The notes: generated from the sequence alone by a model not told the origin. A stretch of 60,840 nt of DNA from a virus (IMGVR_UViG_3300009506_000030:1-60840); one strand, 5' to 3'; shown: positions 45,434-54,822, counted from the stretch's first letter. Translations and numbers: made by a program.

Positions 45434-46490
45434 GCTGATAATATCTCTTCCTCTGTCTAGTGATGGCTTGTTTCAAAATTACTCTGTCAAATGGAACATG
45501 AGAGACATTCCTTCCACACTCTCTTCCTTCCTGTCGATCACCAATGCTGACAGATGGAATACCAAGAAAAGTAGCCTCTCTTATACCAGCAGAACTGTTA
45601 CCAATAATACAACAACACTGACACATTAAAGCGCTAAAAACAGCAGAATCCAAATGTCTAATATATCTAACGTTTGAATCCCAGTTAAGTTCTTTAATCA
45701 TTCTCCACGCTTTAGCTATCTTGTCACTGCCAGGATCAATATTGGGCCACATAACTATTTTCTGTTCATCAAATTCATTTAAAACATCAAATACCATATT
45801 GACCTGTTCTCCAGTTACTGGATCTCCTTTTGTATCTGGATGAAGCATAATAATAAAGAAATCTCCATATATCTCTATTTTATCACCATCCCCATGCCTA
45901 TTAACTTCATCCTGTATTGATTTCCAGTTAGGAACTAATGAACTAAGCAAGTCCATAGAAGGGCATCCCATTGCCCAAATTCTAGCATGATCTTTTTGCT
46001 TCATCTGCAGTATTCTATCTGCAGCATCTGCAGTAGCAGGAAAATGATAATCAGCAAGCTGTGTTATTGCATTGCGTACCTTATCATCTATTGTTCCAGA
46101 AATCTCTCCTCCTTGAAGATGAACAAGAGGAATGTTCACATAAGAAGCAGCTATCGCAGTAGCAAGAGTTTCATACCTGTCTGCAACAGTCATAATCATA
46201 TCTGGATTTTCATTGTCAAAAATAGTGGAAAGTTCAACGATGCCCAAACCAACAGTCTTAGGCATTTTGACGAGATCATCGCCCTCAACAGCCAATGACG
46301 TTTTGAAAATTCTTATATCAGGAAAGTCTTGTACTATATTATCAATAGCATATCCATACTTATACAAATATAAACTATTGCCCAGTGCAAGTACAGGTTC
46401 TATGTGTGCAGGAAGATTCTTTATTATTGTCTTTACTTTGTTGTAACTGCTTCTGTTCGTTACCGCTATTACTAACTTTTTCCGCTTCAT
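45363..46490 (-). CDS. neuC: hydrolysing UDP-GlcNAc 2-epimerase (NeuC/LegG family)
   Basis: DRYETL, HLQGGE.SGTIDD..R.AIT.LA.YHF, PN.D.G, GNSSAGIREA, G.RQ.GR, YGDG. Confidence 0.92.
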   Translation of the reverse strand: MKRKKLVIAVTNRSSYNKVKTIIKNLPAHIEPVLALGNSLYLYKYGYAIDNIVQDFPDIRIFKTSLAVEGDDLVKMPKTVGLGIVELSTIFDNENPDMIMTVADRYETLATAIAASYVNIPLVHLQGGEISGTIDDKVRNAITQLADYHFPATADAADRILQMKQKDHARIWAMGCPSMDLLSSLVPNWKSIQDEVNRHGDGDKIEIYGDFFIIMLHPDTKGDPVTGEQVNMVFDVLNEFDEQKIVMWPNIDPGSDKIAKAWRMIKELNWDSNVRYIRHLDSAVFSALMCQCCCIIGNSSAGIREATFLGIPSVSIGDRQEGRECGRNVSHVPFDRVILKQAITRQRKRYYQRDTMYGDGHAGEKIAKQLGKILV

Positions 46491-46779
46491 CCCTTTTCCC
46501 TTGTAATTTCATCATCTGTATTGCGATGTAAACCAACGCATCCGCTATCTCCTCCAGGGATTCCTGTATATGATCAAGCTCCATATTACATGACATTTCA
46601 CCATACTGAGGATATCCAATTCCCAGTATCCTTTGGGTTAGAAGTTTTAATATTCTCCTTTCATAATAAAGCTCTGGTTCATTGCTAGACATAATCTCCA
46701 ATCTCGAAATCAATTTCTTTGCATATTCTTCTCTCGATTTTCTTTCCTCTAGTTTGTTCATAAAATAATTCCTCATCAA
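46375..46779 (-). CDS. MazG-like all-alpha hypothetical protein
   Basis: G...YG...EE.AD..VY motif; overlaps neighbours. Confidence 0.45.
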   Translation of the reverse strand: MMRNYFMNKLEERKSREEYAKKLISRLEIMSSNEPELYYERRILKLLTQRILGIGYPQYGEMSCNMELDHIQESLEEIADALVYIAIQMMKLQGKRDEAEKVSNSGNEQKQLQQSKDNNKESSCTHRTCTCTGQ

Positions 46780-47032
46780 ATGTGTATAGCTTTATAAGCA
46801 GTTCTTTATGTATAGTGAATGGATTCATCACTTGCGAGGTAGTGTCAAACATCTCTTCAGCTAATGCAAGAGTAATAAAATCTTTATCCTCTTTAATAAC
46901 AACGCCACATCCAATATGAATAGAATCCCTTTTAACAGGCAATTCCTTTCTTGATACCCATCCATCTTTATAGAGGGGATCTATGAATATAAAGAATGCA
47001 AATGTATGTTTAGTATTATCTGTATCATTCAT
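46685..47032 (-). CDS. hypothetical protein
   Basis: ORF track 115 aa. Confidence 0.6.
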   Translation of the reverse strand: MNDTDNTKHTFAFFIFIDPLYKDGWVSRKELPVKRDSIHIGCGVVIKEDKDFITLALAEEMFDTTSQVMNPFTIHKELLIKLYTFDEELFYEQTRGKKIERRICKEIDFEIGDYV

Positions 47033-47191
47033 TGCTAGTTACTAGCCCTGTATGAATATTAGAATATATATAACCAGAATTAAGTTTATTCATAGTATCA
47101 TCTAATTGCTGCAATTCCTGTTTTGCTAATTCATAATCACAACCTCCTTGTGAATACATATATGCTAAAATTTCATTATCAGATAAATCAC

Positions 47192-47374
47192 TCATAGCCA
47201 ACTCCTTATGATATCAAATACACCCATATATACATATTCAAGCAAAGCATCAATCAATTTGAAGATAATATAAGCAAGGCAAATAACAATAATAGTAGCC
47301 CTAACATCATGTACATCCAACCCTTCAGTATTCTTTGGGCCATAAATAATCATTCTCCATATTTGTTTTAACAT
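47192..47374 (-). CDS. small membrane protein
   Basis: One hydrophobic helix. Confidence 0.5.
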   Translation of the reverse strand: MLKQIWRMIIYGPKNTEGLDVHDVRATIIVICLAYIIFKLIDALLEYVYMGVFDIIRSWL

Positions 47375-47393
47375 CTACGCACCATAAACATAT

Positions 47394-47633
47394 TCATCTT
47401 CCTAAATTCTCAGCCATTCCTTTTGCAAGTAATATAGCACATATACAAAGTACGGGCCATATTAGAAATCCCCAATGATTACCATAATCTTTGAGACATC
47501 CAAACCCTGTTATCATCCAAGGAATAATAAAAAACACAGATAGCATAAACCAACTTCCAACATAATCCTTCCAATCATAAAATTTACAATCCCAAGCTTT
47601 TTCATGCAGCAATTTTATTTTCTCAAGAATCAT
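47394..47633 (-). CDS. small membrane protein (2 TM)
   Basis: AAGGA RBS; two hydrophobic segments. Confidence 0.55.
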   Translation of the reverse strand: MILEKIKLLHEKAWDCKFYDWKDYVGSWFMLSVFFIIPWMITGFGCLKDYGNHWGFLIWPVLCICAILLAKGMAENLGR

Positions 47634-47654
47634 TGTTTTCCTTTCCTTTGGTCA

Positions 47655-48320
47655 TCATATAGAAGTATCAGTCATAACCATGTAAGGTTCAAACTTACGA
47701 TGGACTTTCTCGGTGGCAATTACATCCTTCCTGCAGTGGTCAAGAACATACTCTAATGATTTTCTCTGCCCTTGAGATGCATGAATCCAGTGGCGATTAT
47801 CAATCCTGGTTTTCGTTGTCTTACCTATCATGATACGCTCAAGATTTTCAAGTCTTCTGGAACTTGCCTTGATGTTCCTTCTGGCAACAAAGTAGAGATC
47901 TTTATGATATCGTGAACCAAACGGTGGGAACGGAACCCCCTGCATAAAGCAACGAGTTTTAATGAATGGTATGTCAAACTTGGAAGAATAAAACCCTATT
48001 GTTCTGTCAAATGATTCAATGTCCTTGACAAGCTTTTTAAGGAGTTGTTTGTCAAGATCAATATGTACATCTTTTTCAGATACACATCCTTCAACAATTT
48101 CATCCTTACCAGACACTTTAATGCAGTAACATAATATAAATCCAAAATCTGCATTAAGGTTAGTGCATTCTATGTCAATATAGCCAACCCTCTCCTGATT
48201 ATATCCTTCATGAATATAGCAATTATAATGCTCAAGAAAAGGCATCCTATGTTTTTTGCATCTATGGTTTGCTAACCAAATAATTTCTTTCTTTTTTAAT
48301 GAATGGACTGGTGCTGGCAT
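47655..48320 (-). CDS. RNase H-like DEDD 3'-5' exonuclease
   Basis: YIDIE, KFDIPF, HKDLY, HC.KDV motifs. Confidence 0.8.
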   Translation of the reverse strand: MPAPVHSLKKKEIIWLANHRCKKHRMPFLEHYNCYIHEGYNQERVGYIDIECTNLNADFGFILCYCIKVSGKDEIVEGCVSEKDVHIDLDKQLLKKLVKDIESFDRTIGFYSSKFDIPFIKTRCFMQGVPFPPFGSRYHKDLYFVARRNIKASSRRLENLERIMIGKTTKTRIDNRHWIHASQGQRKSLEYVLDHCRKDVIATEKVHRKFEPYMVMTDTSI

Positions 48321-48625
48321 ACATCCTCATCATCTTTCTCCTCCACAGTTATTTGTCTGATTCCTTCGCCACTATCCACAATAAATAGAGTACCGCCATT
48401 ATTGCCAGGATGTTTATTATGTAATATAGCATTTTCCCTCCAGAAAATTCTAATAAAAAAGCTTAAACAAGCCCCAATAAAAAATAGAGCAACCAAAATA
48501 GGAACAAAAACAAAAATAAAAGCTGTTGTATATAAAACTATCATTCCCATGGAAATTGCCATAATAATATCTAAGACTCTTCCACAAGTTTCTTTAATTT
48601 TTCTTTTGACATTTTGTATTCGCAT
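48296..48625 (-). CDS. membrane protein (start uncertain)
   Basis: Long hydrophobic segment; overlaps both neighbours. Confidence 0.45.
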   Translation of the reverse strand: MRIQNVKRKIKETCGRVLDIIMAISMGMIVLYTTAFIFVFVPILVALFFIGACLSFFIRIFWRENAILHNKHPGNNGGTLFIVDSGEGIRQITVEEKDDEDVCQHQSIH

Positions 48626-50325
48626 GGAGTCAATACCTCTTCACCCCTACTTCCTTCACGATAAATCGTGACTCCCTTTACATCATACATATGATCAAGC
48701 AATAATTTATTCAGCTTTATCTCTGGATAGTCATGCCTGACAGGAACGGTCAAAGAAATAGAATTATCTATATACTGTTGTGCAGTGCTTTGTATCTCAA
48801 AATACTTTTCTGGATTTATTTCGTATGATCCAACAAAATGGCTCACATCCTTACCAGATAAAACAAATTGCTTAAAGAGAGGATCAACCTCAGTCACCTG
48901 CTGCTTCTTACCTCCAACATAGTATCTTCGCTTATATATGGGATGGAAAATAGACTGTATCCCTTGGCTAACCCCAGCAACGATAGAAGTAGTTCCTGTT
49001 GGTGGCATCGATAGTAGTGTCCCATTTCGCAATCCAAATTCCTCAATGTCTTTACGAATTCTCCTGGGGAGAGTGCGAACAAAGCTCCCTTCGAGATGGT
49101 CACTGGCCTGAAATTTTTGGAACGGACCTCTTTCTTTTGACAATTCAATGCTTGCTTCATAGGCATAATTTCGAAACTTTGTGAGCAGTCCTTCCATAAA
49201 CTCAATACTGTCTTTTGAGCCATAGTCATTTATCCCCATCTTAAGCATTAAATAATGCAAACCCATCACACCAAGACCAATCCTTCTTGTTGATCGTGAA
49301 ACAAGATCAATTTCTGGCAATGGGTATTCTGTTACATCAAGAACATTGTCTAAAAACCTAACTGCATAGTATACGATAGTCTTTAATAATTTCCAGTCTA
49401 CATCATTTTTCTTTTCATCATAAAATAATGAAAGGTTAATACTTCCAAGATCACATGCACCATTTTTGGGTACTGGTATTTCACCGCAAGGATTAACAGC
49501 AACAATCTTTTCACAGTACCATAAAGGATTGTTAAGCTCTATATTGTCAAAATTTAAGAATCCAGGTTCTGCCTTTTTCCATGCATGGTTAACAGCTGTG
49601 TCCCATATATCTCTTGCCTTAACTGTTTTATATATTCTATTGTTAAATTGGAGATTCCACTCCTTATCTTTTTTAACAGCATTGAGAAAATCATTAGTAA
49701 GCTTCACACTTATATTAAAATTTTCCCATTCAGTATCTTTTATTTTCTTAGCAATAAATTCAAATATCTGCGGATGTGATGGATGCATAAAAGTAATGCC
49801 AGCACCACGCCTATCACCTCCTCCTCTTATTAGACCAAGCCAAAAGTTAGTACCATCAATAAAAGACAATGCTCCAGAAGACTCGGAATTATTTCCCTGA
49901 GAAACTAATGGAGTACCTTTAGGTCTTAAAGGGGAAGAATCAAAGCCAACACCACCACCGTATTTAGAGATAATAACCGCATCAGAGAGAAGTTTGACAA
50001 TGCTTTGAATATTATCTTCCCATTCAAGCCCAAAACAATTAAGCAGCATTCCCTTATTCTTACCAGCATTACGTAATATTCTACCTCCTGGAATAAAGAG
50101 AAAACGCTCAATCATATCACGATATGCCTGATAATAAACCTGTCTCTTCCCGTTAGGGTCTACAGAGCTGATAGACTTTGCAACTCTATCAGCACACCCT
50201 GCCCAGGTTTCATTATCATTTAACGCATATCGTAATTTAAAGATACTGTCGCTTAACCCACTAAGATCACGTTGATCTGATATGTTGCATCCAAGATCAT
50301 CGCACTCTTCACATAGCTTTGTCAT
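48571..50325 (-). CDS. nrdJ: class II (adenosylcobalamin-dependent) ribonucleotide reductase
   Basis: PGGRIL, NCF, NPCGE, CDLGSINL, R.IGLGVMG, PPTGT, KGVTIYR; no nrdB nearby. Confidence 0.88.
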   Translation of the reverse strand: MTKLCEECDDLGCNISDQRDLSGLSDSIFKLRYALNDNETWAGCADRVAKSISSVDPNGKRQVYYQAYRDMIERFLFIPGGRILRNAGKNKGMLLNCFGLEWEDNIQSIVKLLSDAVIISKYGGGVGFDSSPLRPKGTPLVSQGNNSESSGALSFIDGTNFWLGLIRGGGDRRGAGITFMHPSHPQIFEFIAKKIKDTEWENFNISVKLTNDFLNAVKKDKEWNLQFNNRIYKTVKARDIWDTAVNHAWKKAEPGFLNFDNIELNNPLWYCEKIVAVNPCGEIPVPKNGACDLGSINLSLFYDEKKNDVDWKLLKTIVYYAVRFLDNVLDVTEYPLPEIDLVSRSTRRIGLGVMGLHYLMLKMGINDYGSKDSIEFMEGLLTKFRNYAYEASIELSKERGPFQKFQASDHLEGSFVRTLPRRIRKDIEEFGLRNGTLLSMPPTGTTSIVAGVSQGIQSIFHPIYKRRYYVGGKKQQVTEVDPLFKQFVLSGKDVSHFVGSYEINPEKYFEIQSTAQQYIDNSISLTVPVRHDYPEIKLNKLLLDHMYDVKGVTIYREGSRGEEVLTPCEYKMSKEKLKKLVEES

Positions 50326-50363
50326 TTAATACCTTATCGATAATTTCAGCATATTATTAATCA

Positions 50364-51185
50364 TTAAATAATATACCTAGTCTTATAATGCTCATAACTT
50401 TCTCTTTCCCTATCCTGCATTACTAATCTGCCATCCCCAAACATACGAGATATTCTCTTGCATAATCCAACCAGGTTTCCCATGTCCTGTGGACTGCTTG
50501 CTATTTCTGAAGTAGGACCAAAACTGCCCTTTATTTTAAAATGTTTTTCTAAATAAGAAGCTCCTAGACTAACAGCGAGAAAACAAGGTAAATCATCAAG
50601 ATGATGATCGCTATAGCCAAAAGCAACTCTAGTCTTATCAATCCCACCGTATTTTTCCCTTAACGCAAGAATCCTGGATAAATTAAGCTCAGAATCATGC
50701 GTTGGATACAAAGAAACGCAATGCATGATAACAAGCTCATAAGTACAGTCTACAAGATCATATAAAATATCAAGTTCATTTGCATCCTTTATCATTCCCG
50801 TAGAAACAAACACCCTCCTCCATTGATGCTCTTTTATGGCATTTACCAGAAGAGGATGTAATTGACCAGAAGCTATCTTTATGTTAGAAACGTTTGTCCT
50901 CGTACAAAGTTCTACCATATTAGCATGATGAACTGTCGCTATAAGATCAATCCCATGGAAATCACAATCACTCTTAATTTCCTTTAATAAACTGTCCTTG
51001 ATCTCACAAGCCTTTATATTTTCTTTCTTATCCTGCCATGGATTACCTATTCTGCCAGAATCCTTTAACTGTACTTTTAAAAAATCTACCTGACAAACAG
51101 CAGCGTTATGAATAGTATCTTTAAGTAATTCTTCATCACCCTGCCAGTAATTAGCTATTTCTGCTATTATTTTTATATTCTTCAT
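50364..51185 (-). CDS. neuB: N-acetylneuraminate synthase family protein (no C-terminal SAF domain)
   Basis: IIAEI, KIASG, STGM, HCVSLYP, GYSDH, EKHF. Confidence 0.9.
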   Translation of the reverse strand: MKNIKIIAEIANYWQGDEELLKDTIHNAAVCQVDFLKVQLKDSGRIGNPWQDKKENIKACEIKDSLLKEIKSDCDFHGIDLIATVHHANMVELCTRTNVSNIKIASGQLHPLLVNAIKEHQWRRVFVSTGMIKDANELDILYDLVDCTYELVIMHCVSLYPTHDSELNLSRILALREKYGGIDKTRVAFGYSDHHLDDLPCFLAVSLGASYLEKHFKIKGSFGPTSEIASSPQDMGNLVGLCKRISRMFGDGRLVMQDRERESYEHYKTRYII

Positions 51186-51809
51186 TCAACTTGCTAATGT
51201 AATCAATTGTGCATTAACATTAAAGGCAGGTTCAACAGAATCACATAAAGATCCTTCAACCCTTCTCATTGCCATTCTTCTTTTATCTCTTATCTCTTGT
51301 TGTTTTGGAGATTGAAATTTAAGTATCCTCTCTAAACATTCATTAACATCCTTTGGTTCTATAAGGATTTCTTTAGTATTAACCAATGGAGTAAATATAT
51401 TAAAATCTTCTATATCTTTTCTATGAACATCTTCTATCATAGGTATTGCATTTACAGCCTTATAATTACCCATGTCAGCATGATATAATACTTCAAATCT
51501 ACTCGCCATCCATTTTACCACAAAAACAACATCAGTACAATATGGAACATCATTATGCCTAAAAAAGTTATAACTTATAGAATCACTCAATGCATAAAGT
51601 TTATATGGCTCATGTTTCATAATAAGCTGTAATGAATCCCTCATCTGATCTTGCTCCATAGCAAGTTGCCATCCTGCTTTTTGGAGAGCAAGCGTGTCAG
51701 TTTCCCATCCAGCCCATATAACCTTGCATATGGGATTCTTGATCCATTGACTCAAGTCACCATATTTTTTACTTAGCACTTCCATCCAATCACTTATACC
51801 ACTGCACAA
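51186..51809 (-). CDS. hypothetical protein
   Basis: ORF track 207 aa; WAGWETDT..LQ.AGW motif. Confidence 0.7.
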   Translation of the reverse strand: MCSGISDWMEVLSKKYGDLSQWIKNPICKVIWAGWETDTLALQKAGWQLAMEQDQMRDSLQLIMKHEPYKLYALSDSISYNFFRHNDVPYCTDVVFVVKWMASRFEVLYHADMGNYKAVNAIPMIEDVHRKDIEDFNIFTPLVNTKEILIEPKDVNECLERILKFQSPKQQEIRDKRRMAMRRVEGSLCDSVEPAFNVNAQLITLAS

Positions 51810-51814
51810 ACATA

Positions 51815-52081
51815 TTAGTCACTATTAAAATCATCACTAACTTCATCATAAAGGTCTTCTATTTCCCTATCAATATTGCGCAATACCTTTTTAGTTTGCT
51901 TTCTTTCCTTGAGTTTAACCTTTATTTTCTTTTTTATCTCATCAATAATTTCTTTATCAAGCTCACCAGCAACTTCATCTCTAATCTTTTTTATATCAAT
52001 CATTTTTGTACCTCCATGTATTGGTAGCACTGTCATAGCAATAATTAAACATATTTTTTTCACGCAAAATGCGCATATCAC
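51815..52081 (-). CDS. coiled-coil hypothetical (real start probably at MIDIKK)
   Basis: GGAGG RBS before internal ATG. Confidence 0.55.
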   Translation of the reverse strand: MICAFCVKKICLIIAMTVLPIHGGTKMIDIKKIRDEVAGELDKEIIDEIKKKIKVKLKERKQTKKVLRNIDREIEDLYDEVSDDFNSD

Positions 52082-52195
52082 TCTCTAATGCAATAATACG
52101 CATTTCAAGTTCTGAAATTTTATCTGCAAGGGTAGGAGTACTCTTTTTACTATCTTCCATCAGAAACAGTTTTCCCCTGTACTATAAACAACCTG

Positions 52196-52378
52196 TTACA
52201 TCTCCCTGTAAAAATCATGATCAATACGCATTTCCTGCTTACCTTCAAACAGTCTTGGATATGCCCTGTGATAAATATCTTTAACCACCATTAAGAGTAA
52301 AGCAAGGACAATGATAGCAATTATTGTCCAGTAGATATCTTTAAGCAGCTGCCTTATTATTATCCACCATCTCCACAT
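52196..52378 (-). CDS. small membrane protein
   Basis: One TM helix. Confidence 0.5.
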   Translation of the reverse strand: MWRWWIIIRQLLKDIYWTIIAIIVLALLLMVVKDIYHRAYPRLFEGKQEMRIDHDFYREM

Positions 52379-52634
52379 ACATTTTCCTCATAATTTTTTC
52401 AATTTCCTTGTCCTGCCAATCTCTAAACAAATAAATCTTCTTCTGTAGTGCTTTTGAAGCATTATGTTGCATTGTTATTATTTCAGAAGCAGTCAATCTT
52501 TTAAACTGAACCTTCAATCCATCATCAATCTTAACAAACTCTTCAGTATAACCTGTTGTTAATGGGAAAGCACAAATCGCACAAGCAGTCATGCCCATGT
52601 TTCTCAGAAATTCACGTCTGGTCATCTTTCTCAC
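52341..52634 (-). CDS. protein with twin-arginine-like N-terminus
   Basis: MTRREFLR followed by a hydrophobic stretch; GGAGG RBS. Confidence 0.55.
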   Translation of the reverse strand: MRKMTRREFLRNMGMTACAICAFPLTTGYTEEFVKIDDGLKVQFKRLTASEIITMQHNASKALQKKIYLFRDWQDKEIEKIMRKMYVEMVDNNKAAA

Positions 52635-52869
52635 CTCCGCAAGGTTCCATGAAATGCTCTGTTACTGCAAATGCAAGATAACTTGTCATATGTTCAAGAT
52701 CACAAAAGTCAAGACCAGCTTTGCGCATTTTCATTTCTCTTAATGTATCTGGTTTATTATGCTCACAGTAAAGGAATATATCTAAATTCAAACTAACATG
52801 CCTTATCCCACCATTGGTTGGCAATAATCCACCGCATTCATCACACTTTAATGTCTTCACTTCGCTCAT
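52612..52869 (-). CDS. small zinc-binding hypothetical
   Basis: CDECG...DFC..H. Confidence 0.6.
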   Translation of the reverse strand: MSEVKTLKCDECGGLLPTNGGIRHVSLNLDIFLYCEHNKPDTLREMKMRKAGLDFCDLEHMTSYLAFAVTEHFMEPCGGEKDDQT

Positions 52870-54175
52870 CTAACTTCTCCACTTCTGTTATGTAATCAAG
52901 CACTGCTTCACTGAAACCATCAATGTGTGTCCATTTACCATAACCTATGCCATTTTTATACGATGCAACATTTATCATGTACGCATGCTTTGCTACTGGG
53001 TCTTTTACCCTGTCATGAGACTGTTCATCAGATATAACAATGAGCCTGTCATGTTTACTTTCGTTTATGACACTTATAGCCTGACCTAGATAAGTCCCAC
53101 TATGTTGCTGGCTTTTATCAATGGCATCACGTAAGGCAAATCCCCTTCTTGAAGGGACCTGCTTTATGTATTCAGAAAATGTATATACAGAAACATCTTC
53201 GCATATCTCGCTTGCAAGCATAGCTATACCACTTGCTGCATCAATTCTTGAAACCTCAGATCTTGCTGATAACATACTGTCCATAGAACCAGATACATCT
53301 ATCAGAATAATTGTATGACCAGAAAGTAAAGGTTTTTCTGCACAGCATTTAAACAATGCTACTTCAAGTTGTGGCTCTAGATCTGGAGCATGCCTTGCAG
53401 CTGTAATAAACCTGAATGGCAAAACCCTCGATATATTCATGTCAAGTATTGCTTCTTTAACAATCTTTCTGTCCACACCTGATTGAGCAAAATTTCTCAG
53501 GTTCCTGAGTAAAGCCATAGGACCAAGTTTTCTCTCCCTAAGCAGTCTCTCAAATGTCTCCTTTTTGTCTTTACCAGCAGATAAATTAACTTCCCATGTG
53601 TCTGGAACTGCAAGTTTACCATCTATAAGCCTTTTCCAGAGATCTTCCTGTTCAGGTGTTTTAGGCTTGGCATGACACATGAAAAGTACGTCTTTTAACT
53701 TTACATCTGTGTCCCTATTGTACTTTGCCAGCTGATATTCATCAAACTTAACAAATGCTCCAGCCAATCCCTTTTTAACCTGGGCAGATAGAGGACATCT
53801 GCCATCTTTCCAGTAAATTGACAGGAATTCCGTCATTTCGTCTGCCCTTTGTATGACTCGTGAAATGTAGTAGTTCAAATGTGGCATTGAATGACGAGCA
53901 ATCTCCCTTAAGAGCAAAAGAGGGACATGCCTTAATTTCATTTTTTCCCTTGCTTCAATAGCCATTTCTGCTGCATCTCTCTGAGATACCTTTGCTACAA
54001 GATCAGAAATCCTATTTGCTATTGATTTTCCAGACTCGTAAAACGTATTTTCCCATAAAAGACAAGCCATTACTGCCCTTCTTAACTGCAAAACAGGAGG
54101 AATTATACGTGCCTTAGCACCTTCATGAGTATAAACAGGATTTTTCTTAGCTTTTGCTACGTTTAACTGCGCCAT
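52841..54175 (-). CDS. rsr: Ro60/Rsr RNA-binding protein (TROVE + vWA domains)
   Basis: THEGA, FYESG, RADE, FDEYQLAKY, MALLRNL, LPFRF, MIDAS DVSGSM, SDEQ, GFSE. Confidence 0.92.
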   Translation of the reverse strand: MAQLNVAKAKKNPVYTHEGAKARIIPPVLQLRRAVMACLLWENTFYESGKSIANRISDLVAKVSQRDAAEMAIEAREKMKLRHVPLLLLREIARHSMPHLNYYISRVIQRADEMTEFLSIYWKDGRCPLSAQVKKGLAGAFVKFDEYQLAKYNRDTDVKLKDVLFMCHAKPKTPEQEDLWKRLIDGKLAVPDTWEVNLSAGKDKKETFERLLRERKLGPMALLRNLRNFAQSGVDRKIVKEAILDMNISRVLPFRFITAARHAPDLEPQLEVALFKCCAEKPLLSGHTIILIDVSGSMDSMLSARSEVSRIDAASGIAMLASEICEDVSVYTFSEYIKQVPSRRGFALRDAIDKSQQHSGTYLGQAISVINESKHDRLIVISDEQSHDRVKDPVAKHAYMINVASYKNGIGYGKWTHIDGFSEAVLDYITEVEKLDERSEDIKV

Positions 54176-54275
54176 ATTTATCTCCTTTTAGTTTGTTAAT
54201 ACCCAGTAAACAACATAAAACCATTGCTAAAATAGTTCCAATTAAACGAAAAGAGTCATCCATAGTAGTAAAATC

Positions 54276-54368
54276 TTCGGGGAACAGGCGAATACGGTAC
54301 GTATCTAGTCTGTGTAGACTAGTCTAAATTAGGAGTTTAGCGAAGTAACCGTACCCTTCACCACCGAA
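54276..54368 (-). ncRNA. Y RNA, minimal YrlA-like copy 1
   Basis: Terminal stem UUCGG/CCGAA, GGUGAA/UUCGCC, UACGGU/ACCGUA; shared GUUACUUCG and GCCUGUUC; 5-bp hairpin with 7-nt loop plus 7-bp hairpin. Confidence 0.75.
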
Positions 54369-54370
54369 AC

Positions 54371-54484
54371 TGGAGGAATGGGGGACTTAGATTTTATTGA
54401 CTTCATCCAATCTATACTTGTTTCCAAGATAGGTGACCAGCTACATGACATGTCTTTTGCTAGTCGGCTTTATCATATCCCCCA
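54371..54484 (-). ncRNA. unidentified multi-stem structured RNA
   Basis: UGGGGGAU/GUCCCCCA closing stem, GACUAGC/GCUGGUC, CUUG-GAAA-CAAG, AUUGG/UCAAU; G-U pairs only on the minus strand. Confidence 0.5.
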
Positions 54485-54497
54485 CAACCGTTTTAAA

Positions 54498-54646
54498 TGC
54501 TGGAGAACAGGCGATACGGTACGTTTGGTGCTCTAACCAACTGAGCTACAGGATAGCCATCTGTTTCCAGTGCCATATCCTGGTTAGATTCGAACTAACG
54601 ACAACCCGATTCACTGTCGAAGTAACCGTAATCTTCACTACCAGCA
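54498..54646 (-). ncRNA. yrlA: Y RNA YrlA (tRNA mimic), copy 2
   Basis: Ro-binding stem enclosing T arm GUUAG-UUCGAAU-CUAAC, loop-closed acceptor CAGGAUA/UAUCCUG and D arm GCUC-AGUUGGUUA-GAGC in permuted order. Confidence 0.88.
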
Positions 54647-54648
54647 AA

Positions 54649-54822
54649 TTAACCATCATATTTTCTATAAAATTTCTCTTGATCAAAAGGTATTTCACTA
54701 TACTGATTGCATGATTGATGGTATTCACCGCAACAACACCTGATACGTTCAAGCGTTATTTCATCTTCTATAGCACAAACACCTTCATCATTGCTTCTAC
54801 ACTCAAAAAAATAACAATCCAT
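54649..54822 (-). CDS. 57 aa Cys-rich protein (DUF1540-like) between Y RNAs
   Basis: Not in ORF track; AAGGA RBS; MDCYFFECRSNDEGVCAIEDEITL. Confidence 0.55.
   Translation of the reverse strand: MDCYFFECRSNDEGVCAIEDEITLERIRCCCGEYHQSCNQYSEIPFDQEKFYRKYDG

Noticed and set aside
8220-50111. Many + strand ORFs in the track (e.g. 10727..11683, 25582..26079, 26239..26979, 32584..33006, 49466..49900)
   Set aside because: Antisense shadows of long, motif-bearing minus-strand genes; low-complexity translations and no RBS.
38857-50325. Inteins or introns in terL and nrdJ
   Set aside because: Both are of normal length with contiguous motifs and no splicing or homing endonuclease signatures.
54434-54466. 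GACUAGC/GCUGGUC helix matches the terminal stem sequence of vertebrate Y RNAs
   Set aside because: Only 7 bp, strands in reversed order and no adjoining Ro-binding bulged helix; likely coincidence.
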